DNA of 64,000 nucleotides, taken from the NCBI RefSeq assembly GCF_009914755.1, contig NC_060930.1. One strand, 5' to 3'. The stretch comes from the human T2T-CHM13v2.0 reference genome, Homo sapiens. The position numbers and the translations under genes are program-made. Position 1 is the first letter of the stretch. The number at the start of each line of letters is the position of its first letter. Of this stretch, positions 44,176 through 60,659 are shown in pieces. A model generated the notes under the pieces. The model saw only the letters and a list, made by a program, of their open reading frames with translations. It did not search any database and was not told the DNA's origin.

Positions 44176-44498
44176 AATTATAAGGTTAAAAAGTAATCGT
44201 GAGTATCTAATGATAGAAATGTTCCTATCTAAGCCTGTTCTCACTTTCCCTTTTTTTTTCATAAAACGTGTGTGGCATAATTATGCTAGCAGTTTACATG
44301 AATGAAGTGAAATATTTCTAAATCATAAAGTAAGTTTATGCAATCCCTTAGCACCAGATATAACTGGTAGTCCCATTCAATTATGTCGAATTGAATCACC
44401 TGATTTTTAAGTTCAAAGATACTGCCTTCAGTACTTTTGGCATCTGCACATTGCACATTAAAAACATCAAATTCTCAAGATACAAGTTCCTCATATCA

Positions 44499-44810
44499 GT
44501 GTCCTTTGTGGCAACATGGATGGAGCTGGAGGCTGTTATCCCAAGCGAACTAATATAAGAACAGAAAACCAAACACTGCATGTTCTAACTTATAAGTAGG
44601 AGCTAATCACTGAGTATACATGGACACAAAGAAGGGCACAATAGACACTGGGGCCTGCTTAAGGGTGGAGGATGGCAGGAGTGTGAGGATGGAAAACTAC
44701 CTTATTACCTGGGTGATGAAACAATATGTACACCAAACACTTATAACACATAATTTATCTGTAGAACCAACCTGAACATGTACCTCTGAAACTAAAATAA
44801 AAGTTAAAAG
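44499..44810 (+). mobile_element. short L1PA13-15-like 3' end
   Basis: GGATGGAGCTGGAGGC...AACATGTACCTCTGAAACTAAAATAAAAGTT. Degenerate TSD CCTCA(T/C)ATCA. Confidence 0.88.
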
Positions 44811-46437
44811 ACAGAACCTCACATCAAAACTGCTGTAGGCTATTTAGAAAAATATAAATAAAAAAGGAGAAATACAATGTGATCCAAGTAAATTGGAGTT
44901 TTAGTATAAGTAACACGGCTGTAAATGCAGTAGTTTTGAAAAATCATATGCTATTCAAGCAGAACTCCCTGTAGGTTCCTGAATGTTTTGGAGGCCAAAA
45001 GCTCTAACGTCCATTTGATCAATTTCATTTTAGCACCGGGACAAAAGCTGTCAAATTGCCATTAAACTGAGTTTCTCTCTATTCTAAAGTACAGAAACAA
45101 CACTGAATTAAAAAAAAAAAATCAGGCAAAGTCAGTGTCTCCACCAGTTATAACATGAAAATTACATGAAGGAAATACTTCCAATAAGAGATAATGCTAA
45201 TGAGAAAGCACAACAACTGTAACAGATTTTTTTACTTGCAAAAATGTATGTGTATGTGTATATGTGTTTTTCTCATCAAATCACCAAAGAAAAAATTTAA
45301 ACACAATTATCTTAACATATTCAAATGTAGGAGAGTTTTACAGAGAAGAATATAATGTGACAATAATACTTACCAGTGCATTCTAAGGTCTGTTAGACCA
45401 ACCTTAGGAATACACTAGACTTTACAAAGCACAACAAAATCATCAATTTATTAAACATCAGTGATTTGTGTTAGAAAACTAAAAACTAAGTATATTATGC
45501 CTTTTTTGCTGTTTCAAAAAAGAATAGATGCTGTGTCTTTGAATTTGTCCTTAACTTCATTACTCTATAGAATTTATTCTCTCGTGACTCTCTAGGAGAA
45601 AATCCAAGATAATTGCTATTTAAACGAATAGCTTTTGCTTCATTGTGGGAAAGTAACTATTTATATGTTATTTAATTGTTGAAGACTTTAATAGCCATAA
45701 TATTATGTTTTCTGCTTTCTGTTGGTTTGAAGTTGACTTCAAACAAGCAGAACCTAATACATCAATTTCTAGGGACATTTCTAATTGCCAAATGAAGATA
45801 TATGCTAACACATTCTTTTTATTCTATTTAATAAGTGAACAGTTAGAATCTTAAATTTTGTTCACTAATAAAAAGTTAGTAAAATAAATTAAGGACAACT
45901 TTCAGATGACAAGCTATGAATTGCAAATCTAGATTCTATCATTTAAATGTGTATCTACCAATCTAGAAGAATTTGTCTTATACACTTCTCCATGAAGATA
46001 TAACATAATAAGAGATAAAGAAGAAAATACAGTACCTACAGTTATTTCTCTTAAACAGTGTATGATTTTGAGCAATTCAAAACACCAAAGTAACAAATAA
46101 CCTTTTAACAAAAATGTATAAGAATTGTGAATTACCATAATTTTAGTTTGACAGTAATTACTTTATTAAACAATACTCTATAAGAACAAAACCGGAGAAA
46201 CAGGGGGAGGAGCCAAGATGGCCAAATAGGAACAGCTCCGGTCTACAGCTCCCAGCATGAGCGACGCAGAAGACAGGTGATTTCTGCATTTCCATCTGAG
46301 GTACCGGGTGCATCTCACTAGGGAGTGCCAGACAGTGGGCGCAGGCCAGTGGGTGCACGCACTGTGCGCCAGCCGAAGCAGGGCGAGGCATTGCCTCACC
46401 TGGGAAGCGCAAGGGGTCAGGGAGTTCCCTTTCCGAG

Positions 46438-46653
46438 TCAAAGAAAGGGGTGATGGACACACCTGGAAAATCGGGTCACTCCCACCCGAATATTGCGCTT
46501 TTCAGACCGGCTTAAAAAATGGCGCACCACGAGACTATATCCCACACCTGGCTCGGGGGGTCCTACGCCCACGGAATCTCGCTGATTGCTAGCACAGCAG
46601 TCTGAGATCAAACTGCAAGGTGGCAGTGAGGCTGGGGGAGGGGCGCCCGCCAT
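46438..46653 (-). CDS. ORF0: intact L1 ORF0, 71 aa
   Basis: MAGAPPPASLPPCSLISDCCASNQRDSVGVGPPEPGVGYSLVVRHFLSRSEKRNIRVGVTRFSRCVHHPFL with start context GCAATGG. Expression unknown. Confidence 0.65.
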   Translation of the reverse strand: MAGAPPPASLPPCSLISDCCASNQRDSVGVGPPEPGVGYSLVVRHFLSRSEKRNIRVGVTRFSRCVHHPFL

Positions 46654-47109
46654 TGCCCAGGCTTGCTTAGGTAAACAAAGCAGCTGGGAAGCTCGGAGCT
46701 GGGTGGAGCCCACCACAGCTCAAGGAGGCCTGCCTGCCTCTGTAGGTTCCACCTCTGGGGGCAGGGCACAGACAAACAAAAAGACAGCAGTAACCTCTGC
46801 AGACTTAAATGTCCCTGTCTGACAGCTTTGAAGAGAGCAGTGGTTCTCCCAGCACGCAGCTGGAGATCTGAGAACCAGCAGACTGCCTCCTCAAGTGGGT
46901 CCCTGACCCCTGACCCCCGAGCAGCCTAACTGGGAGGCACCGCCCAGCAGGGGCACACTGACACCTCACACGGCAGGGTATTCCAACAGACCTGCAGCTG
47001 AGGGTCCTGTCTGTTAGAAGGAAAACTAACAAACAGAAAGGACATCCACATCTAAAACCCATCTGTACATCACCATCATCAAAGACCAAAAGTAGATAAA
47101 ACCACAAAG

Positions 47110-48130
47110 ATGGGGAAAAAACAGAACAGAAAAACTGGAAACTCTAAAACACAGAGCGTCTCTCCTCCTCCAAAGGAACGCAGTTCCTCACCAGCAACAG
47201 AACAAAGCTGGATGGAGAATGACTTTGACGAGTTGAGAGAAGAAGGCTTCAGATGATCAAATTACTCTGAGCTACAGGAGGACATTCAAACCAAAGGCAA
47301 AGAAGTTAAAAACTTTGAAAAAAATTTAGAAGAATGTATAACTAACTAGAATAACCAATACAGAGAAGTGCTTAAAGGAGCTGATGGAGCTGAAAACCAA
47401 GGCTCGAGAACTACGTGAAGAATGCAGAAGCCTCAGGAGCCGATGCGATCAACTGGAAGAAAGGGTATCAGCCATGGAAGATCAAATGAATGAAATGAAG
47501 CGAGAAGGGAAGTTTAGAGAAAAAAGAATAAAAAGAAATGAGCAAAGCCTCCAAGAAATATGGGACTATGTGAAAAGACCAAATCTACGTCTGATTGGTG
47601 TACCTGAAAGTGATGGAGAGAATGGAACCAAGTTGGAAAACACTCTGCAGGATATTATCCAGGAGAACTTCCCCAATCTAGCAAGGCAGGCCAACGTTCA
47701 GATTCAGGAAATACAGAGAACGCCACAAAGATATTCCTCGAGAAGAGCAACTCCAAGACACATAATTGTCAGATTCACCAAAGTTGAAATGAAGGAAAAA
47801 ATGTTAAGGGCAGCCAGAGAGAAAGGTCGGGTTACCTTCAAAGGGAAGCCCATCAGACTAACAGCAGATCTCTCAGCAGAAACCCTACAAGCCAGAAGAG
47901 AGTGGGGGCCAATATTCAACATTCTTGAAGAAAAGAATTTTCAACCCAGAATTTCGTATCCAGCCAAACTAAGCTTCATAAGTGAAGGAGAAATAAAATA
48001 CTTTACAGACAAGCAAATGCTGACCGATTTTGTCACCACCAGGCCTGCCCTAAAAGAGCTCCTGAAGGAAGCGCTAAACATGGAAAGGAACAACCGGTAC
48101 CAGCCGCTGCAAAATCATGCCAAAATGTAA
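47110..48130 (+). pseudogene. L1 ORF1p, disrupted
   Basis: ATG at 47110, in-frame TGA at 47254 (CGA>TGA), and a 4-bp duplication at ~47341. The C-terminal 248 codons are open. Confidence 0.95.
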
Positions 48131-48193
48131 ACACCATCGAGACTAGGAAGAAACTGCGTCAACTAATGAGCAAAATCACCAGCTAACATCATA

Positions 48194-52013
<3,820 letters not shown>

Positions 52014-52499
52014 ACTATGAGAACACATGGACACAGGAAGGGGAATATCACACTCTGGGGACTGTGGTGGGGTCGGGGGAGGGGGGAGGGATAGCATTGG
52101 GAGATATACCTAATGCTAGATGATGAGTTAGTGGGTGCAGCACACCAGCATGTCACATGTATACATATGTAACTAACCTGCACAATGTGCACATGTACCC
52201 TAAAACTTAAAGTATAATAAAAAAAAAAAAAAAGAAATTCTGTACCAACAGAAAAAAAAAAAAAAAAAGATCAGAAACAAGGTAAAAAAAAAAAAAAAAA
52301 AAGAACAAAACCCGTCATGTGTCAAGGCTGTGTTTGGTCACATGGTTGAAAATATATGTTGGTGATCTGGTTGAAAAAAATACAGATAATAATAACAATA
52401 GTATGTAAATATATGCATATATACAAAAATAAACAAGTAAAAAAAGAGCCAGAAAATTGTTTCTATTTTGAAGACAATAAAACAGGAAAATAGAGTAGA

Positions 52500-53110
52500 G
52501 AAAACTGGGTTGGGGACACTACCAAGGTGCTTAGGTAAAATCTTCTGAGATTAAAGGCAAAAGGCAAAGTTTTGGGGTGAGCATAAACTAGCTATACGTA
52601 AGGAAAAAAATATGTCCAAAAAGTATAAAGATGAATGAGAAGAGAGTTAGGAATTTAGAGCAAGGACTTGAACAGAAGCTGATTCTACAAAGACTTGGAA
52701 GCTATGGTGTAGAGACTGGATTTTATTTGAATAACAGTGGAAAATTCTTTTTTAGTTAAGGAGAAAGGTAATATAATTTCTGATTTTGAAAGATCATTCT
52801 GGCTGATAGAGATGACCAAACTGTACTAGGGAAGAAATGAAAGCAATAAGAATAATTAAGGAGCTATTGTGTCAGTCAAAGCAAGAGATGATGATAGTTT
52901 GAACTAGGGAGAAAATGGGAAAAATAATGTGATCAAATAAAACACATATTTTGGAGATGGAAATAATATAACTTTCCAATAGATGATATGAGATAGTGGT
53001 CATAACCTAAAGAAAGAACTAAAACATAAATTTTAGGTTTGGAGTTTGAATGACTGGATAGATTATGGTGCCATATATTGAAATGGGAAAGTTCTACTCT
53101 TGGAAAAGGT
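52500..53110 (-). mobile_element. L2 fragment
   Basis: GAAAGATCATTCTGGCTG...GAGATGATGATAGTTTGAACTAGGG...GGTGCCATATATTGAAATGGGAAAG. Confidence 0.65.
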
Positions 53111-53129
53111 GAAGTAGTTTATGTCATAT

Positions 53130-55850
53130 CAATGCTCCTGTAGATAATAATTATAAACTCTGGACCAATTTTTTTTAAATCAATTATCTGAAATAGTGAA
53201 AGTGAATAAAACCAGAAACAAACTGCAGGGAACTTGATAATTAGATGAAATAAGCAGTACTGGATGAGTTTTCTAGTTTTATGGCTGTTTGGAAGAAGAT
53301 ACTTCCCAATCAGTGCCTTATATGAAGAGCTAAAATTCAGAGAACATTGACAACTTTTTGGCTGAAATATCACAAGACAGAATTTGAGGAAAACACCGAA
53401 GCTAGGAATTGGTAAATCCACAAAGGGAGGAGAGAGTCACAGAGAATCCAATATTCTGCTTATATGCTCTGAACAAATAAATAGAAAATTACTGAATTAT
53501 GTATAAATTGAATGAACTCAAAGCATCCCACTAAAGCTAAAAGAGCTAAAACAAGCTTCAGCTGGTGCCTAATAAAGCAGATAAATAATTTAGAGTTTGA
53601 GTTCAACTAAATTAACTGCCAATCAAATGAAATAAAATAAACCATGAAAATATTTACAGAAACAGAATAGAATCACTACATATACGATTTACAATGTCTA
53701 GTATACAAGCAAAATAAATTAGACAGATTTTTTAAAAACAGGAAATGAAAATTCAATCAAGAAAAAAAGAATGTAGATGAATGATGAGATGTTTCTATTA
53801 TTAGAGAGAGATTTATAAAGATGCTATTAAAAGTATGTACAAGAACATAATGATGGACGGAAGGAAGAAAGGAAGGAAGGAGGGAGGGAAAGAAGAAAGG
53901 GAAGGAAGGAAGGAGGGTGGGAGGGAAAGAAGGAAGGAAGGAAGGAAGGAAGGGAAAAAAGAAAAAAGAAAACTGTCAATATTGAATTCTGCATTCAATG
54001 AAGTTACCCTTCAAAAATTAAGAAAGATATTTTCAAATAAAAAAGTCTAATAGAAGTTGTTGCCAGCACAGCTGCATCACAAAAAGATGCTAAAGGAAAT
54101 TATTCAGATTGAAAACTAGTAAGACCAAATGAAAACTCAGTCTCAGGAAGGAAAGGAGAGCATCGGAAATGGTAAATGTGTGAGTGTAAAATATTATTTC
54201 CTTAATTTCTTTAAAACACATCAATTTAAAAAAATGTACAACTATATACTCTGAGGTTTACGGATGTAATACCTTAGATTGAAATATACTTAAAGGCCAT
54301 ATGAAACTATCCACAATATTCTCAAATTTTACATGAAGTAGTACAAAATTAAGTCTAATTAGAATTATGAAAAGTTAAGAAAATATACTGTAATCCCTCG
54401 AACAGTCACTAAAAATAACACAAAGAGGTATAGTTTAAAAGCTGAAAGAGAAATTAAATAATAAAAAGATCAAAAATGAAATAAAAATAGGAACAGAGGA
54501 ACAAAATTTGGATTATAAACAAAAAACATAGAACAAAATGATACAATTAAATAGACATTACTTAATAATTGCATATCAGCCTTCCATCATCCAATTGAAC
54601 AAGAGAGACTCCATGTCAAGACACCTTCAGTCAACGCATCTCAGTCACGTCTCTAGTGCCTGGGTCTCAAATATGAAACAGCTAAGGATTACTAGGTATT
54701 TGAGGGAAATCTGTAATTTTAAAGATAATAACAAAAAAACAAAATGACAACAGACAACAATAGCAAAAGAAAAAGGAAATTTGAAAATATAAGAAAAATA
54801 AAAGGTAAGAGAAAATGCATTTAGAGTAGTAAAATTTAAGAAGCTCAAATAAAAAAATAGTATTCATAGATTTGAGAAACATAGTGGGAAAAAATCATGT
54901 AAAGCAAAAGGTAGAAATGGAAAATGTGTGTGTGATTTTGTGTGTGTGTGTGTATATATATGATTTCCACAATGAAAAGACACAGGAAATTAAGAAAATT
55001 GTTCACAAACATTCAGTACAAAAAAAATTTCTAGGAATTAAGGATGTAAAGTCCATATTATAAAAATTATTACTGCTTAGCCTAATAAATGTAAAAAAGA
55101 TTCAAAATCCAGACAAAGAATATAAAATTGTAACAAGAAAAACCCCACAAAATTTAGATGAGAATAATATCCTAAAATCTGCCAAAGATAAAAAGACAGG
55201 AGAATGAGGCCACATGCCAAATATTAGTAATCATAATTTAAACTCAAATACTGATTTAAGAAGTTTATATTTGTAAATGATGAGCCTGTGTGTGGATTGG
55301 TGATGTGTAAGAGAACCAGATTCTTAGGTTCTATGTTAAGAAGTGAAAAGTAATGTCTAAAAGTGAAATGTCAATACAGAGCAGCATAAAATAAGATAGA
55401 AATGAGGAGGAACAGACTAGGAAAAAAATATAAAAGAATGGAAGAAGTTTTTTTTAAGGTTGAATTCAGATAGGGAGTGTTGGGGGCAAGAAATTACTTT
55501 TTATTATAAACCCTAAAAGATTATTTTAAAAATATTTTTCAAAATATGCATATATTTTTATTTTTAAAAGTATATTGAATATTTGTTGTATTTGTTAAAA
55601 ATGCAAATTTTACCATTATGTTTGATCCAGCACTTCCAGTTCTAGGAATATATCCTAAGAAGATTATTGCAGATTAGTTTAAAGGTAGAGATAGCTGATA
55701 TTTATCTAGCTATAACAGGGAAATCTGCAGGACAATTTAAATTGCCAACAATAAACTTTAAGTGAAATAAGTTATATGTAGCCCTTAAACAAAATGTTAG
55801 AAGATAATATTTAATGACATGAGATTTTTAAATGTATATATTATTTAGAA
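53130..55850 (+). mobile_element. cluster of ancient L1ME/HAL1-like fragments
   Basis: A-rich strand bias and old-L1 motifs (GATGCTAAAGGAAATTATTCAG, ACTGTAATCCCTCGAACAGTCACTAAAAA, TTTGATCCAGCACTTCCAGTTCTAGGAAT). Confidence 0.6.
53859..53972. repeat. (GGAA)n-like polypurine tract
   Basis: Directly visible. Confidence 0.95.
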
Positions 55851-55899
55851 AGACTTTAGGCTCAGAATACTGGTACCACCATGAATTCACCAGTCTCAG

Positions 55900-56330
55900 C
55901 TGGGCCCTGCACATCAAGCTCACTACATTTTCTCTCTAATCATCATTCTCAATGTTTAGACCTGTTCTACCCTCTTTAAACTTCTGACTCCTCCCTTCAT
56001 CCCTGATTCTCTATAGACTACCTTGACTTCTATTCCACAAAGACAATGGGAGATGTAAAACAAGCTACACCACCACATTTCGCACCGCCAAGCTTACAGG
56101 TCATCCTGGATCCTCCTTTCCTGTTACAATTAATGGAATGCCTTTCTCCTGTGGAAGGTTAATTTGTCTTGTGTAATCTTGAGCCCACATCCTGTTATCT
56201 TTCTGAATCTTTACTCTTCTTCTCTTTGATATTTCTTTTTTCAACTTCTCTCTAAATTTTACTGGGTCTTTCAAATAAACATTTATACATGCTTTATTCT
56301 TTTCTATCTTCAACAACACACATGCACACA
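55900..56330 (+). mobile_element. L2 fragment
   Basis: CCTTGACTTCTATTCCAC...CTTGAGCCCACATCC...CTTCTCTCTAAATTTTACTGGGTC. Confidence 0.55.
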
Positions 56331-56562
56331 TACACACATACACACCTTTCTGGATGGTGAATTGAGGTAACTGGTAGATGTCTCATATATGTGCATGTGT
56401 GAATTTTGTGTATTCCTATGCAGCTTGGTTCTGCTGAGTGAAGGTTTCTGTATTCATTTATTGTTTCTTCCAGATGAAATGGCATATAGGCACATGAAAA
56501 TTGAGTAATGCTTAAAATGTTCCCTAATATATCAGTCTTATGGGAAGAAATTTATATTTCCT

Positions 56563-56861
56563 GGCAGGGCACGGTAGCTCACTCCTGTAATCCCAGGATT
56601 TTGGGAGGCCGAGGCAGGTGGATCACCTGAGGTCAGGAGTTTGAGACCAGCCTGGCCAACATGGCAAAACCTCGTCTCTACTAAAAATACAAAAATTAGC
56701 CAAGTGTGATGGTGTGTGCCTGTAATCCTAGCTACTCGGGAGGCTTAGGCAGGAGAATCGCTTGAAACTGGGAGGCGGAGGTTGCAGTGAGCTGAGATTG
56801 TGCCACTGAACTCCAGCATGGAAGACAGAGCAAGATTCCATCTCAAAACAAACAAACAAAA
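56563..56861 (+). mobile_element. AluSx-like
   Basis: Full Alu with a perfect 18-bp TSD AAGAAATTTATATTTCCT at 56545 and 56862. Confidence 0.98.
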
Positions 56862-58109
56862 AAGAAATTTATATTTCCTAAACAAGTATGAATTGACTAT
56901 ACAGAATTAATTGTACATGGTATTTTTCTTTTCCAGATTACCACTCTAAGTTTTTTGTTTACAAAAAAAAATCATTAAGTCTTAAATGTCAGTTAACTTG
57001 AAATTCAAAAATAACACCCAAATTTGAGCAAACTAGATTGATAAAGAGAGACATAATGCTCCAGATTTGCATGAATTGTTTGAGTAAAATATGCTAAAGA
57101 GGAACAAAAAGCAACCAACCAAACAGCAATCAAAAACAACAAAAGTCTTCTGATAAATATAATACTCAAAGATATACATTGAGAAAATGTTGAAGTGTTC
57201 TCTGTGCTAAAATGAATGGCTTTGAATTAAATGAGAGCACTAAAAATAAATGTTCAGAGATACCCCAGAATCCTTCTCTTACCCTTCAATAATGAAAAAG
57301 CTGATTTTGCATGGACACATTTTATGCAACATAAATTTAAATTGCCCAGAATTCACGCACTAGAAAATGGGTAGTATATGACATGAAGCTCTCTCGGTTA
57401 TCAACGTCTTTTGGACTGAAGTTATTAGAAGCGTGTTGTAAATACTTGTTTTGTAAACTGCTTCCTTGCTATACAGTGAAAATGTCACTGTTGATACTCA
57501 ATAATGTTATAGTCTGTATTTATTGCCTCATAAAGTTAAACTAACTATGTGTTAGCCATGCTGCTGATGGAGACTTGCCTTAATGTGGTTTATAGTAGTG
57601 CTAATTCTGCCCGGGTCCCACACCGCAGCAGGATGGGGGAGTAATGCTGTCGTTAATTAAAGGAATAAAACAGACTTTTCACATGTGGCTCACAGCCCAA
57701 CTTTAATTACCCTTTGGCTCCAAGGCCTCTAGTGGGGTCATTTTTGCAAGTAGCTTCTTAAGTTGCTGACAAAGCCTTCTGTCCTTGGCAGATTCCGAGA
57801 AGGCAATGGTGATGGTTTCACCACTTGTATCATTAAATTTCATTTTAAGATTGTAAGGAGTACTTAGCTGGCTAGTTGAAAAATGATTTGATGTTTCATT
57901 GACAACCTTATATGAGATGCTGCGATTTATTTATAGACTTATAAGTAAAATCAGTTTGGTTCTGTTCTATTTTCTTTCTTTAGATGAGATTGGTGGTCAT
58001 TCCATATTTATAGCATCAACAACTGACTTCAGAATACTAACTTTCAAGACTCTCCACATATAAATCCTTAATCAATAAAATCTCAATATGGCAATGATAT
58101 TATTAGTAA

Positions 58110-58310
58110 ATCTAGTAATATAAATGACACTAACTTAGGTCCTACTAGGTGTTAAGCAATGTTCTATATGTTTTTCATGTATTATGTCTTTTATACCACT
58201 GTCAAAATCCTGTAGAGGTAGGTTTCATTATTATCCCCATTTCAGAGATGTCACAGAGACAAAGAGAGGTAAAGTAACTATCCCAGGCTCTCACAAGAAA
58301 GTAACTTGGC
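58110..58310 (-). mobile_element. MIR
   Basis: ATTATTATCCCCATTTCAGAGATG...AGAGAGGTAAAGTAACTATCCCAGG. Confidence 0.8.
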
Positions 58311-58329
58311 TGATATTAATCTGTATTTT

Positions 58330-59635
58330 TTCCTTTCCTGCAACTCTGGATCAGTTTTAAAACCTCCAAAAACTTGAACGTATAGCACAATGAACAATTT
58401 TTAATTATGACATTTGCCTTACTTAGCTTTATTTTTTGCTAAACCATCTAAAAGTTTCACAAATTATGACTGTTTTCTAAATATTTCACCATTCAACTCC
58501 TAACAATAAAGGCTTCTATATAATACATCATTATTATCATACCTAAGAAAATTAACATTCAATATTCTTATCTACTGTAAAATTCATGTTTAAAATTTTC
58601 TAGTTATTCCCTAAAAAATGTCTTTTATAGATATCTTTTCCCTTAAATCCAAGATCCAATGAAGCATCATTCACTGCATTTAGTTGTTATGTATTTTTTA
58701 AAAAATTCTGAACTACCTTCATTTCCCCCCATTTTTTCTTGATATCGAATTTGGGAAGTATTTAGGTCAGTTGCCTTTCAGAGTGTCCCACATTCTGCAT
58801 TAATTTTGAATTAATTATTCCCTCATTTAATTTGAATTAATTTACCCTCATTCTAAAATTTTTTGAGGGTATACTATTCAGGAGATGGTCTGTACTTATT
58901 ATATCACATCTGGAAGTGAGAAACTTCTACTGGTATTATGAGTGGTGATGTTAGGTTTGATCACTTTGTTAAGGTGGTAACAATGGACTATCTCCATTGT
59001 CAAGTTAACTTCACATTTGTAATTAAGAGTTGATATTTCCTATGACTGTTTTGTTTCCCATAAGAAGATGTTAATAAATATCAATGAATCCTTCATGAAA
59101 TAATTATTACATCGGAAATTACAAAACAATGAATTTCAAATTCTATCTTTCCTTTTACATGTATTAGCTAGCATGTTTTTTAAATAAGACATTTCTGGGT
59201 TTTATTTTGTTTGCATTCCCTCCATTTATATAGACTCATAGATTTTTTTAATGTACTGTTTTATAATGCATTACCATTAATGTTTTTTAGATGCTCAAAC
59301 ATCACAAATTTGGCCAGCAGCAACCTCTTTAGGTAGAATTTTTTGTCTTTTTCTATGAGTCCATTAGTCTTTCAGAAACCCTTGCTTTCTGATACAAGAT
59401 GACCTGGGCTCACCATTTTACTTTCTTTGCCCAAATCTATAACTAGCCATATAGCCTAGTGTCAGTAACCCCTTAAGTAGAGAAGGTTATTTGGAAACTA
59501 AGTTCTGGTATTAAGTATATATACTGCTCTGAGGTGTAATTTTTATTACATCCTTTTAGTGGACAGAAACAAATATACACATACACATTATTCACAAATT
59601 TATAGTAATACCTACAATTTAAATCCAATGTCACA
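58330..59635 (-). mobile_element. ancient L1MC/L1ME 3' region
   Basis: TCACTGCATTTAGTTGTTATG...GGTGATGTTAGGTTTGATCACTTTGTTAAGGTGG...GATGCTCAAACATCACAAATTTGGCCAG. Confidence 0.7.
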
Positions 59636-60655
59636 GTAAAACATTTAGAAGAAAACAGGGGACAATCTTTGTAAAATGAAGTTGGTAATGATTTTTTAAA
59701 TATGATACTAAAGCACAGGCAACAAAAGAAAAAATATGTATGTAAGATTACATCAATATTAAAATGTTTGTGCAGCAATGCATTCTATCAACAGAGTAAA
59801 AGGGCAACCCAGGGAATGGGAGAAATATTTGCAAATCATCTATCTGATAAGGAATTAAAATTCAGAATGAAGAAAGAACTCCTATTACTCAACAGTCAAA
59901 AATATAAACCATTTATTTTTTTAATGGGCAGAGAACTCAACTGCACATCTCTCCAAAGAAGATGTTCTATTGGTCAATAAGCACATGAAAAGATGGTCCA
60001 TATCACTTGGTCATTAGGGGAATGGAGATCAAAACCACAGTGAGATACCACTTGACACCCATTAGGATGGTTATTCTTTGGGAGAAAGAGAAAGAAGAAA
60101 GGAAGGAAAGAAGGAAGGAAGGAGGGAAGAAGGAAAGAAGGAAGGAGGGAAGAAGGAAAGAAGGAAGGAAGGAGGGAAGAAGGAAAGAAGGAAGGAAGGA
60201 GGGAAGAAGGAAAGAAGGAAAGAAGGAGGGAAGAAGGAAAGAAGGAAGGACGGAGGGAAGAAGGAAAGAAGAAAGGAAGGAGGGAAGAAGGAAGGAAGGA
60301 GGGAAGAAGGAAGGAAGGAGGGAAGAAGGAAGGAAAAGGAAGGAAGGAAGGAGAAAGGAAAGTGTTAGTAAGGATATGGAGAAGTTGAAACCTTAGTACA
60401 CTGCTGGAGGTAATGTAAAATGGTGCAGCCACTATGAAAAACAGTATGGTGGTTTCTGAAAAAATTAAATATAGATTTACCATATAATCCAGTAATTACA
60501 ATTCTGAGAAATACTGAAAAGAAATGAAAGTGGGAACTTAAACAGGTATTTGTAAACCAATGTTCATAGCAACAATATTCACAAAAGCCAAAAGGTGGAA
60601 GCAGCCCACGTATCTATTGATGGATGAAAGGTATATATGTACAATGAAATATTAC
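59636..60655 (+). mobile_element. L1MB-like ORF2 3' fragment containing a purine minisatellite
   Basis: IRGMEIKTTVRYHLTPIRM...KDMEKL peptide. Confidence 0.85.
60080..60362. repeat. ~280-bp polypurine minisatellite (27-bp unit GGAGGGAAGAAGGAAAGAAGGAAGGAA)
   Basis: All purine except one C at 60251. Confidence 0.96.
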
Positions 60656-60659
60656 TATA

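Noticed and set aside
59974-60483. Long low-complexity ORFs (169, 129 and 96 aa), and similar ones at 53813-54050
   Set aside because: Artefacts of stop-free GA/TC tracts.
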